A DNA stretch of 46,584 bases from Bacteroidales bacterium (lineage in GTDB: Bacteria; Bacteroidota; Bacteroidia; Bacteroidales; UBA7960): assembly GCA_007129945.1 (NCBI GenBank), contig SKUN01000020.1, positions 1 through 46,584 on the forward strand, given 5' to 3'. Within the stretch, counting starts at the first letter, position 1; every line of letters starts with the position of its first letter. Of the stretch, positions 36,473 through 45,457 are shown one piece after another. The notes under the pieces were generated by a model. That model saw only the letters and a list, made by a program, of their open reading frames with translations. It did not search any database and had not been told where the DNA came from. The position numbers were made by a program, and so were the translations under genes.

Positions 36473-37435
36473 ATGAAAAATATTTTGGTTGTCGGATCAG
36501 CTGGTCAGATTGGCTCAGAGCTCACACTTGCTTTGCGCGAAATTTACGGAGGCGACAATGTGGTTGCCGGTGTACGAAAAACCAAACCCTCGGAAAAGCT
36601 TTCCGGCACGGGCCCCTGCGAAGTGGTCGACGCGCTGGATAAAAATAACCTGAAAGAGGTGGTTGACAAATATAAAATTGATGCGATTATCAACATGGCC
36701 GCTATCCTCTCAGGCACAGGAGAAAAAAACCCCATGCTGGCCTGGGACGTCAATATGAACGGACTGATCAACATTCTGGAACTGGCAAGGGAATACAAGA
36801 TGAAGCAGGTACTGGTACCCAGCTCCATCGCTGTGTTTGGTCCCACCACTCCGGTCGAAAATACCCCCCAGGAAACCATCCTGAAACCCACCACCATTTA
36901 TGGGGTGACCAAGGTTGCCGGGGAGCTGCTTGGCGACTATTATGTAAAAAAATACGGCCTTGATGTCAGGGGGTTGAGGTATCCCGGCATCATCAGCCAT
37001 GAAACCGAGCCGGGTGGCGGCACCACCGACTATGCCGTGGCCATTTATTACGAAGCCATCAAAAACAAAAAATACACCTGCTTCGTCAATGAGAATACAC
37101 GCTTGCCGATGATGTATATGCCCGACTGCCTGAAGGCCACCATCGACCTGATGCAGGCCGACTTTTCCAGCCTGAATCATCACTGCGACTACAACGTAGG
37201 CGCCATGGACTTCACGGTGGCGGAAATGGCAGAATCGATCAGGAAACACATTCCTGAATTTGAGATCAGTTATGAACCGGACTTCCGCCAGGAAATTGCC
37301 GATTCATGGCCAAACTCCGTGGATGACAGCCCGGCACGCAAGGACTGGGGATGGCAGCATGACTTCGACCTGGACAAAATGACAGCCGATATGCTGAAAG
37401 CCATCGGAGAAAAACACGAAAAAGGCCTGATTTAA
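36473..37435 (+). CDS. tdh: L-threonine 3-dehydrogenase (SDR/NAD-dependent epimerase type)
   Basis: GSAGQIG Rossmann motif, PSSIAVFG, YGVTK, PGGGTTDYAV and LPMMYMPD. Divergent from kbl. Confidence 0.85.
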   Translation: MKNILVVGSAGQIGSELTLALREIYGGDNVVAGVRKTKPSEKLSGTGPCEVVDALDKNNLKEVVDKYKIDAIINMAAILSGTGEKNPMLAWDVNMNGLINILELAREYKMKQVLVPSSIAVFGPTTPVENTPQETILKPTTIYGVTKVAGELLGDYYVKKYGLDVRGLRYPGIISHETEPGGGTTDYAVAIYYEAIKNKKYTCFVNENTRLPMMYMPDCLKATIDLMQADFSSLNHHCDYNVGAMDFTVAEMAESIRKHIPEFEISYEPDFRQEIADSWPNSVDDSPARKDWGWQHDFDLDKMTADMLKAIGEKHEKGLI

Positions 37436-37445
37436 GGGCACCCAA

Positions 37446-37485
37446 AAAAATCCCGGCAGCACTGGATTTTGCTGCCGGGATTTTT
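37446..37485 (+). terminator. Intrinsic terminator after tdh
   Basis: AAAAATCCCGGCAGCA...TGCTGCCGGGATTTTT. Confidence 0.88.
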
Positions 37486-37525
37486 ATACCCGTGATTTTA
37501 TAAAAAGATGTAGCTTTGCAGTGAG

Positions 37526-38644
37526 ATGGACCAGTTTATCGTTTCCGCACGCAAATACCGGCCGGCCACCTTTGACATGGTGGTGGGGCAGCAATCCATA
37601 ACCAACACCCTGAAAAATGCCATCAGGAACAATCACCTGGCCCAGGCATTTTTGTTTTGCGGACCCAGGGGTGTGGGCAAAACGACTTGTGCACGCATCC
37701 TGGCGAAGACCATCAATTGCGAAAACATTACGGAAAATATTGAGGCTTGCAATGAGTGTGAATCATGCCGGTCATTCAACCAAAGCCACTCCTTTAACGT
37801 GCACGAACTGGATGCGGCGTCCAATAATTCAGTGGACGGCATTCGGGCCCTGGTGGATCAGGTGAGAATCCCCCCACAGGTAGGCACATACAAGGTTTAC
37901 ATCATTGATGAGGTTCATATGTTGTCACAACAGGCATTCAACGCCTTTCTTAAAACACTGGAAGAACCTCCTGCCTACGCCAAATTCATTTTGGCTACCA
38001 CTGAAAAGCACAAGATCATCCCTACCATACTCTCACGTTGCCAGATCTTCGACTTTGCCAGGATTACCGTGAAGGATATTTCCGAACAGCTTGCCTGGGT
38101 GGCCCGGCAGGAATCGATACAGGCCGACCCCAATGCCCTGCATATCGTCAGCCAGAAAGCGGATGGCGCCATGCGGGATGCGTTGTCGATATTCGATCAG
38201 CTGGTCAGCTTCACGGGCAATACCATTACGTATGAACAAGTCATTGAAAACCTCAATGTACTGGATTACGATTATTTCTTCAGGATGACCGACCTGATCC
38301 TGGAAGAAAAACCCTCAGAAATCCTGCTGCTGGTTAACGAAGTATTGCAAAAAGGCTTTGAGGGGGCGGATTTTATCACCGGCTACAGTGCTCACCTGCG
38401 CGATCTGCTGGTCTGCAAAGATCCTGCAACGGCAAAGCTGGTGGAAGCCAGTGATGATATCCGGGCAAAATATGTGACGCAGGCAGAAAAATGTTCCAGG
38501 GAACTTTTACTGCAGGCCCTTGAAATTAACAACCAGGCTGACGTTCAATACAAAGCCAGCAGCAACAAACGGTTGTTGCTGGAATTATCGCTGCTGCAAG
38601 TGGCATCCCTGGTAAAAAAAAAAGCCCTGACGAAACAACAGTAA
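37526..38644 (+). CDS. dnaX: DNA polymerase III subunit gamma/tau, zero-frame (gamma-like, 372 aa) product
   Basis: SARKYRP, GPRGVGKTT, ELDAASNNSVD, IIDEVHML and TILSRCQ motifs. -7 box TAGCTTTG at 37511-37518. Confidence 0.95.
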   Translation: MDQFIVSARKYRPATFDMVVGQQSITNTLKNAIRNNHLAQAFLFCGPRGVGKTTCARILAKTINCENITENIEACNECESCRSFNQSHSFNVHELDAASNNSVDGIRALVDQVRIPPQVGTYKVYIIDEVHMLSQQAFNAFLKTLEEPPAYAKFILATTEKHKIIPTILSRCQIFDFARITVKDISEQLAWVARQESIQADPNALHIVSQKADGAMRDALSIFDQLVSFTGNTITYEQVIENLNVLDYDYFFRMTDLILEEKPSEILLLVNEVLQKGFEGADFITGYSAHLRDLLVCKDPATAKLVEASDDIRAKYVTQAEKCSRELLLQALEINNQADVQYKASSNKRLLLELSLLQVASLVKKKALTKQQ

Positions 38645-39345
38645 GACCACCGCAGCAACTGATCGCCCCCGAAAAGACAATCACTCCCTCCGTTACTGTA
38701 AAAAAAACCGGCAAGGCTCCCGCTGATTCTGAGTCGGGTGAGGCAAACCGGCCTGAGCAGGTAACCGGATCAGGAAATAAGCCGGAAAGCCGGCGCCCGC
38801 CCCAAACAAAAGAGGAAGACCACAAGGATCAGGCGGAACAAACCCGGACGACGAAACAACCCACTGCGTCTTCAAAAAGGGTTAGTCCGATCAGTAAACT
38901 AAGCCTGAAAATCAACGAAGATAAAAAGGTAGCAAAGCAAGCCATTCCAGGCTCCGGGGAGTCCGGCGAGAGACCAGTAACCACCTTTTCCAGGGAAGAA
39001 TTCATGCAGGCATGGAATAAGCTTGCTGCTTCGCATAAGAAAGGAAGCCCGGCTCTATATATGGCCATGACAGGTCACCAGCCAAAGTTGTTACCGGACA
39101 ATGCCATCCTTCTGCCGCTGGACAACACCATTCAGGAAGACCTGATCAACGACAATAAACCGGCGCTGCTCAGTATGCTGCATAAAGAGCTCAGGAACTA
39201 TGCCATTGAGATCCACACGGAAATCATCAAAAATCAAAGAAGCCGGAAGGCCTACCTGCCCAAAGACAAATTGCAGAAGCTGATGGAAAAAAACCCGGAT
39301 ATCCGGCGCCTGCAAAAGGAAATGGGGCTCGACCTCCTTTATTAA
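38623..39345 (+). CDS. dnaX: C-terminal (tau-specific) portion of DnaX in the -1 frame, reached via the A10 run
   Basis: The -1 frame is open without stops from the A10 run (38614-38623) to TAA at 39343-39345. It encodes a Pro/Lys/Ser-rich linker and then ...LHKELRNYAI...AYLPKDKLQKLMEKNPDIRRLQKEMGLDL. Confidence 0.75.
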   Translation, partial: SPDETTVRPPQQLIAPEKTITPSVTVKKTGKAPADSESGEANRPEQVTGSGNKPESRRPPQTKEEDHKDQAEQTRTTKQPTASSKRVSPISKLSLKINEDKKVAKQAIPGSGESGERPVTTFSREEFMQAWNKLAASHKKGSPALYMAMTGHQPKLLPDNAILLPLDNTIQEDLINDNKPALLSMLHKELRNYAIEIHTEIIKNQRSRKAYLPKDKLQKLMEKNPDIRRLQKEMGLDLLY

Positions 39346-39507
39346 GCCACGATTCACCATTTATTTGCAATAATTAACATTCATTGCGTGAATCGCTGCA
39401 GCGGCCCTGAGATTATTTTGTACATTTGTTTTCCTTTGTAGTCAGGGGAATCCTGCCTTTAATCGAATTTGCCAGATAATATTTGATAACCTCTAAAATT
39501 ATTACCC

Positions 39508-40833
39508 ATGAAGTTTTCACTGAAGCTTTTCATTGTATCCGTGTGCATTTTACTGACCGGGCCTGCACAAGCCTCGGAGCAGCGGATTGCATTTACGGAA
39601 TACAAACTGGACAACGGACTGCATGTAATTTTACATGAAGACAACACCACACCGAATGTGGTGGTGAACATCATGTACCATGTAGGCGCCAAAAATGAGC
39701 ACCCGGAACGCACGGGTTTTGCCCACTTTTTTGAACACCTGATGTTCGAGGGTTCAGAAAACATCGGACGGGGCGAGTTTGCCGAGATTGTGGAAAAAGC
39801 GGGTGGTTCGCTGAATGCCTTTACCAGTTTCGATGTAACCAATTATTTTGTGCTGCTTCCTTCCAACCAGCTGGAGCTGGGCCTCTGGCTCGAGTCTGAG
39901 CGTCTGCTTCACCCGGTAATTGACTCCATCGGAATTGCCACACAAAAAGATGTGGTGACCGAGGAAATGAAACAAACACGTGACAACCAACCCTATGGAC
40001 GTGTACTTACAGAAACGATCAAGCGGGCATATACGGTACATCCCTACCGGACTGACGTGCTGGGCAAGGATGAACACATCCGCAATGCTACCTATGACGA
40101 CATCACCTCTTTCCATGATATGTTTTATGTTCCCAATAATGCGGTTCTGGTGGTATCCGGAGACATCGATGTGGATGAGACCAAAGAGTTGGTGGAAAAA
40201 TATTTCGGAGAAATTCCGGGGGGAAAAGAAGAGATCCGCCGGCCGGACGTGCAGGAGCCTGAAAGAATGACTGAGGTGAGGGACACGGTCTATGACAACA
40301 TACAGTTGCCTGCCCTGATCCAGGCATATCACATCCCGGCCATGGGAACAGAAGAGTATTATGCCATGCAGATGCTGGGCACATTGCTTTCGCAGGGACA
40401 AAGCAGCAGGCTCTACAGGCGGCTTGTGGTGGAAGACCAGACGGCCATGCAGGTGCAGGCCATGCCGTTGGGCCTTGAAGATCCCGGATTGACCATAGTA
40501 CTTGCCATCCCCAACATCGGCACAGACCCCCGGGTGCTGGAAACCACGATCAATGAAGAACTCGGGCGGGTACGCGAAGAGCTGATCTCTGAAGAAGAGA
40601 TGCAAAAACTCCGCAACCAGGTGGAAAGCCGGATGGTCAACAGCAATACCACCATCGCCAGCAGGACGACCAATCTGGCCAATTACCACCTGATCTACAA
40701 TAATGCCAACCTGATCAATACAGAGATAGACAGGTTTATGGCTGTTTCCAGGGAAGATATCAGGGATGCTGCCCGTAAATATCTGCGTGAAAACAACAGG
40801 GTGGTATTGTATTACCTGCCCGAACAACAATAA
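39508..40833 (+). CDS. M16 (pitrilysin/insulinase) zinc peptidase, active subunit
   Basis: Signal peptide; LDNGL, TGFAHFFEHLMF (HxxEH), NAFTS and YVPNNA motifs. -7 box TACATTTG at 39421-39428. Confidence 0.92.
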   Translation: MKFSLKLFIVSVCILLTGPAQASEQRIAFTEYKLDNGLHVILHEDNTTPNVVVNIMYHVGAKNEHPERTGFAHFFEHLMFEGSENIGRGEFAEIVEKAGGSLNAFTSFDVTNYFVLLPSNQLELGLWLESERLLHPVIDSIGIATQKDVVTEEMKQTRDNQPYGRVLTETIKRAYTVHPYRTDVLGKDEHIRNATYDDITSFHDMFYVPNNAVLVVSGDIDVDETKELVEKYFGEIPGGKEEIRRPDVQEPERMTEVRDTVYDNIQLPALIQAYHIPAMGTEEYYAMQMLGTLLSQGQSSRLYRRLVVEDQTAMQVQAMPLGLEDPGLTIVLAIPNIGTDPRVLETTINEELGRVREELISEEEMQKLRNQVESRMVNSNTTIASRTTNLANYHLIYNNANLINTEIDRFMAVSREDIRDAARKYLRENNRVVLYYLPEQQ

Positions 40834-40865
40834 TCACCCGATCGTTAACAGAAAAAAACTGAGTC

Positions 40866-42929
40866 ATGAGAAAGCTATTGATAGTATTCCTAATAAGCGT
40901 TTTTACCTTTTATTCAGCCGATGCACAGGTTGACCGGAGCCAGCCACCGGAGCCGGGTCCGGCACCGGTAATTCAGATCGGAGATTTTGAGTCTTTTGAA
41001 ATGGACAACGGGATGACCGTGATCGTGGTCGAAAACCGCCAGGTACCCGTGGTCTCCTTCCAGCTCAGCCTGGATATAGATCCTGTTTTGGAAGGGGAGG
41101 CAAAAGGTTACGTAAGCCTTGCAGGATCTTTGTTGCGCGAGGGTACAACCAATCGCACAAAAAAAGAGATTGACGAAACCATTGATTTCATCGGGGCCAG
41201 TTTGTCCACCTCTTCCAGCGGCATATTTGCTTCTTCACTGACCCGGCACAGGGAAACGCTGCTGGAGCTTATGTCGGATATTCTTATGAACCCATCCTTT
41301 CCCGAAGAAGAACTGGAACGGCTGATGAACCAGACACGGTCAGGACTCGCCACCACCCGCAACGATGCAGGCTCCATGGTAGCCAATGTCTCCCGTGCGG
41401 TTGTTTACGGAGAGGATCATCCTTACGGTGAGGTAACCACAGAGGAAAGCCTGGACAATGTGCAACGCGATATGCTCAGGCAATACTACGAAGATCATTT
41501 CAAGCCCAATGTGGCTTATATGGTTATTGTCGGGGATATCAGCCTGGATGAAGCCCGGGAGGTTACTGAGACCTATTTTGGGAGCTGGGAGCCCGGTGAA
41601 GTTCCAACCAGAACCTACCCAACGCCTGCTCCTCCGGACGGAAGACGGGTGGCGTTGGCTGACCGCCGTGGTGCAGTCCAGAGCCTGGTAACCGTAACAC
41701 ATCCTGTTGAGCTGCAGCCCGGGCATGAAGATGCAATCAAGGCCAATGTGATGAACTCGATTCTCGGGGGTGGCGCCTTTTCAGGCCGGCTGATGCAAAA
41801 CCTTCGTGAAGACAAAGGTTATACTTATGGCGCACGCTCCAACCTCTCATCCGACCGCCTCGTGGGCAGGTTCAACGCCAGGGCTGAGGTACGAAATGCC
41901 GTAACCGACAGCACCGTAACGGAAATTCTCTATGAGATGGAGCGAATGATGCAGGAACCCGTGGAGGAAAGCAATCTCGAGCTGACCAGAAATTTTATGA
42001 CCGGAAGCTTTGCCCGATCCCTGGAAAGCCCCAGAACCATTGCCAACTTTGCCCTGAATACCATCCGCTATGATTTGCCGGATGATTATTACAGGACTTA
42101 CCTGGAGAGGTTGAATGAAGTAAGTGTGGAAGATGTACACGAAATGGCCAACAAATACCTGAACCCGGACAATGCGTATATCGTGGTGGCAGGCAGCAGG
42201 GAAGAAGTGATGGAAAGCCTGCGTCCTTTCAGTGCCACAGGAATGGTCGAACTGTATGATGCCTTCGGAAGACCTGTGGAAGAAGAGGAACTCCGCCCGG
42301 TACCCGAAGGATATACCGCCGAAACAGTAATTGAGCAGTATATTGAAGCAATCGGAGGCCGTGAAAGGCTGGAAAATATCCGGGACATCAGGCAGGAAAT
42401 GACAGGCCGGCTTATGGGGCAGGAGGTGCAAATGACCATCTATAAGAAAGATCCCCACTTCCTGCTTCAGAAAACATCCATGGGCGGCATGACCCTTTCA
42501 CAGCAGCTGTTTGACGGGGAAAAAGGTGTGGTTGTATCCCAGATGGGACGTCAGGAGTTCACAGAAGGAGCTGAATTTGAACAGTTTAAGATGGAGTCTG
42601 CCATCATCCCTGAACTCACATACAAAAATCTGGGCATTGAGAAGGAACTGCTTGGCATTGAAATCATTGAGGGTCAGGCATCTTTCAAGGTTAAAGACAC
42701 TTATCCCGGTGGAAACACCGCACTTAATTACTATTGCACAGCAAGCGGATTAAAGGTTAAGACAGAAAGTAACGGGGGAATCTCGATTTATGACGAGTAC
42801 AAAGAGGTGGACGGTTTTGTCATTCCCTTTTCCATCACCCAGGAAGTGGGGCCCCAGACCATAGAGGTTACCATTGACAAGGTTGAGATCAACACCGGAA
42901 TGGATGAGACCATCTTTGTGGTCGACTAA
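40866..42929 (+). CDS. M16 peptidase-like inactive partner subunit with C-terminal LolA-like extension
   Basis: Signal peptide; M16 segments without HxxEH; RLMQNLREDKGYTYGA (R/Y pair); extra ~200-aa C-terminal domain (TAETVIEQYIEAIGG...YKEVDGFVIPF...EIN). Confidence 0.85.
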   Translation: MRKLLIVFLISVFTFYSADAQVDRSQPPEPGPAPVIQIGDFESFEMDNGMTVIVVENRQVPVVSFQLSLDIDPVLEGEAKGYVSLAGSLLREGTTNRTKKEIDETIDFIGASLSTSSSGIFASSLTRHRETLLELMSDILMNPSFPEEELERLMNQTRSGLATTRNDAGSMVANVSRAVVYGEDHPYGEVTTEESLDNVQRDMLRQYYEDHFKPNVAYMVIVGDISLDEAREVTETYFGSWEPGEVPTRTYPTPAPPDGRRVALADRRGAVQSLVTVTHPVELQPGHEDAIKANVMNSILGGGAFSGRLMQNLREDKGYTYGARSNLSSDRLVGRFNARAEVRNAVTDSTVTEILYEMERMMQEPVEESNLELTRNFMTGSFARSLESPRTIANFALNTIRYDLPDDYYRTYLERLNEVSVEDVHEMANKYLNPDNAYIVVAGSREEVMESLRPFSATGMVELYDAFGRPVEEEELRPVPEGYTAETVIEQYIEAIGGRERLENIRDIRQEMTGRLMGQEVQMTIYKKDPHFLLQKTSMGGMTLSQQLFDGEKGVVVSQMGRQEFTEGAEFEQFKMESAIIPELTYKNLGIEKELLGIEIIEGQASFKVKDTYPGGNTALNYYCTASGLKVKTESNGGISIYDEYKEVDGFVIPFSITQEVGPQTIEVTIDKVEINTGMDETIFVVD

Positions 42930-42946
42930 ATCACTCTTCCCTTACT

Positions 42947-42987
42947 AAAAGAGGCTGTCTCCGGTACACGAGGCAGTCTCTTTTTTT
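42947..42987 (+). terminator. Intrinsic terminator after M16 pair
   Basis: AAAAGAGGCTGTCT...AGGCAGTCTCTTTTTTT, a stem with two G-U pairs and a U-tract. Confidence 0.75.
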
Positions 42988-43037
42988 GTAAATTTGGGAC
43001 AAACCATCGCATTATTCATCCTTGTCTCCCCGCGACC

Positions 43038-44372
43038 ATGAAGAAAAAAATCTCTGCTTACAAGCGTTATACAAGGAAAGCGACCCGCTTTCTCAAAACA
43101 GATATCTGGCGGGTTTCCCTGAAAGAGCTGTCGCCTCGCGACAGTTTTCTGGTCAAACAACTGCGTGTCCTTATCCTGGCATTGCGCGGAGTTCGTGAAG
43201 ACAATATCCTGCTCAGGGCCCCTGCCCTGACCTTTTATTCCATGTTCAGTATTGTTCCGGTTGTGGCCCTCGCGTTTGGCATTGCCAAGGGTTTCGGCCT
43301 GGAAATGTATGTGGAAAGACAAGTGGAAGCTGCGCTGGCCGGACGTGAAGAGGTTTTCAACTGGGTGATGGAAATTGTAGACACTTTCTTCCGGGAAACG
43401 CACGGAGGAACTGTGGCGGCCGTAGGTCTGGCCATTTTGTTGTACACCATCACCATGTTGCTGGTCAATATTGAAGAGTCTTTCAACCGCATCTGGCAAG
43501 TACATAAATCCCGTCCCTGGTCACGCCGGTTCAGCGATTATTTTGCCATGATGTTCCTGGCACCGCTTTTCTTTATCATGGCAAGTGCGGCAACCGTATT
43601 TTTGAACACACAGATACAACAGGCAGATAACGGGCTTCTCAACCCGGTAATGCTGGGTTTTGTCCGCCTGATCCCTTACCTGCTGATATGGACCATCTTT
43701 ACCCTTCTGTACATTATCATGCCCAACACCAATGTCCGCATTTCTTCGGCGGCCATTGCCGGAGTTATAGCGGGCACCATATTCCAACTGGTGCAATGGG
43801 CCTATATTGCCTTCCAGATCGGAGCTGCGAAATATGGTGCCATTTACGGATCCTTCGCTGCTGTGCCCCTCCTGCTTTTGTGGATGCAGGTGAGCTGGAT
43901 CGTTGTACTATTCGGTGCCGAACTTTCCTTTGCCAGTCAACACGTCAAAAATTATGAGTTTGAAGCGGAAACCAAAAACATCTCACTGCTGAACAAAAGA
44001 ATATTGGCTGTGTATATCCTTCAACAAATTGTAAAAAACTTTCAGAAAGGCGAAAAACCAATGAACTCAGACCAGTTATCTGAGGCTCTCCATATACCCA
44101 ACAGCATCACAAGAAACATTCTGAATGACCTTGAGGATACAGGCCTTGTTTCTGCAACAGAAACATCTCACTTAAAGGAAAATGCCTTTCAACCCGCAGT
44201 TGACACACATACCATCAGCATCAGAATGATCATTGAACGTCTGGACAAGAAAGGGATGAATGTATTGATCGCCAAACCCACACCTGCTCTGGAACAGATT
44301 AAGGCTGCGCTGTTCAAATTTTACAATATTCTTGAAAACGCCGATGAAAACCGGTTGCTGAAAGATTTGTAG
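43038..44372 (+). CDS. YihY/virulence factor BrkB family membrane protein with C-terminal HTH
   Basis: ALTFYSMFSIVP, IEESFNRIW, YIIMPNT, YGAIYGSFAAVP and VLFGAE motifs; Rrf2-like HTH tail. Confidence 0.88.
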   Translation: MKKKISAYKRYTRKATRFLKTDIWRVSLKELSPRDSFLVKQLRVLILALRGVREDNILLRAPALTFYSMFSIVPVVALAFGIAKGFGLEMYVERQVEAALAGREEVFNWVMEIVDTFFRETHGGTVAAVGLAILLYTITMLLVNIEESFNRIWQVHKSRPWSRRFSDYFAMMFLAPLFFIMASAATVFLNTQIQQADNGLLNPVMLGFVRLIPYLLIWTIFTLLYIIMPNTNVRISSAAIAGVIAGTIFQLVQWAYIAFQIGAAKYGAIYGSFAAVPLLLLWMQVSWIVVLFGAELSFASQHVKNYEFEAETKNISLLNKRILAVYILQQIVKNFQKGEKPMNSDQLSEALHIPNSITRNILNDLEDTGLVSATETSHLKENAFQPAVDTHTISIRMIIERLDKKGMNVLIAKPTPALEQIKAALFKFYNILENADENRLLKDL

Positions 44373-44385
44373 TCATGACCTTGTA

Positions 44386-44419
44386 AACAGGTCAGCCTCC
44401 ACTGAACAGGTCAGCCTCC
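44386..44419 (+). repeat. 15-bp direct repeat AACAGGTCAGCCTCC x2
   Basis: Identical copies at 44386-44400 and 44405-44419, between convergent genes. Confidence 0.7.
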
Positions 44420-44452
44420 TTCTTTTCCGTCCCGGTTTATTCCGGGTGTTTG

Positions 44453-45394
44453 TTACGGCAAACCCGATGCAGTTCCCGCCGGCTGTTGCCGGTCACGCCC
44501 GGAGTACCACGCCAGCATTCTGAAAAACACCACAACCAGTACAAGGCTGATCAATGCCAGAAGGAAGCCGAAACTCTGGCTCCCCACCGCCTCGGGATCC
44601 ATCTCTGTATAATTGTGGACTATAAAAAAAGTAATCACTGCAGCTGCATTGTTAAAAAAGTGACCCATCACAGGCACCCAGATATTTCCGGTGGTTACCA
44701 TCATATATCCCAGCACCAATCCGAGCACAAAGCGTGGCAGAAATCCGTAAAACTGAAAATGGATGGCACTGAAAATAAGGGCTGAAATGATCACCGCCAC
44801 GTGCGCATTGCGACTCCACTGATGAAAAATCCGCTGCAGGGCGCCCCGGAAGATAAACTCCTCCCCAACGGCCGGCACAATGGCAATAAGGAAAATATTG
44901 AACAGCAAACCCTGATAAGTTGTAACCTGCAGAAAACGCTCAGTCATCACCTGGGCCGCATCTTCAGCCTGACGCATCCATTCTTCCAGGGTACGCAGTG
45001 ATTCCGGCAAGGACATCTGCTGGTTCAGCTCCATCACATAGTTGACCAGGGGCAGCGCAGCCAGCATAATGAGCACCGATATCAACATGCCAGATGCGAG
45101 GGGTTTTTTATGTGCCTGCAGATAATAAAACGGACGGCCGCCGACCAGCAGCCCGAATACTATGGATGACACAACAAACATTCCGATATGACTCAACAAC
45201 TGAAGGTAGCGAAGCTGGTTCAGGTCACCAACCCCTGTCATGTCCATCCCCTGCAGCAGGCCCTCCCCCCAGAACGGCAGTGCAATGATGAACCCGATTA
45301 AGAAAACCACAAGGGTGCTGACCAGCATAACCATCACCAGAAGCAATAGTTTAATGGCGGGATGCAGGCCTCCCAGAATTCCCTGATCTTTCAT
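44453..45394 (-). CDS. CPBP family intramembrane metalloprotease (CAAX/Abi)
   Basis: PAVGEEFIFRG (EExxxR), FSAIH and GHFFNN motifs; multiple TMs. Confidence 0.9.
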   Translation of the reverse strand: MKDQGILGGLHPAIKLLLLVMVMLVSTLVVFLIGFIIALPFWGEGLLQGMDMTGVGDLNQLRYLQLLSHIGMFVVSSIVFGLLVGGRPFYYLQAHKKPLASGMLISVLIMLAALPLVNYVMELNQQMSLPESLRTLEEWMRQAEDAAQVMTERFLQVTTYQGLLFNIFLIAIVPAVGEEFIFRGALQRIFHQWSRNAHVAVIISALIFSAIHFQFYGFLPRFVLGLVLGYMMVTTGNIWVPVMGHFFNNAAAVITFFIVHNYTEMDPEAVGSQSFGFLLALISLVLVVVFFRMLAWYSGRDRQQPAGTASGLP

Positions 45395-45457
45395 ATGAAG
45401 CATTTGTTATATTTTTGTAGTGGAAATTATCAAAAATACAAATTCTTTTCAATCGTC

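Noticed and set aside
39754-40830. Long antisense ORFs (also 16490-17362, 31660-32502, 19032-19733, 11551-12165)
   Set aside because: Shadows of well-conserved genes on the opposite strand, with no motifs of their own.
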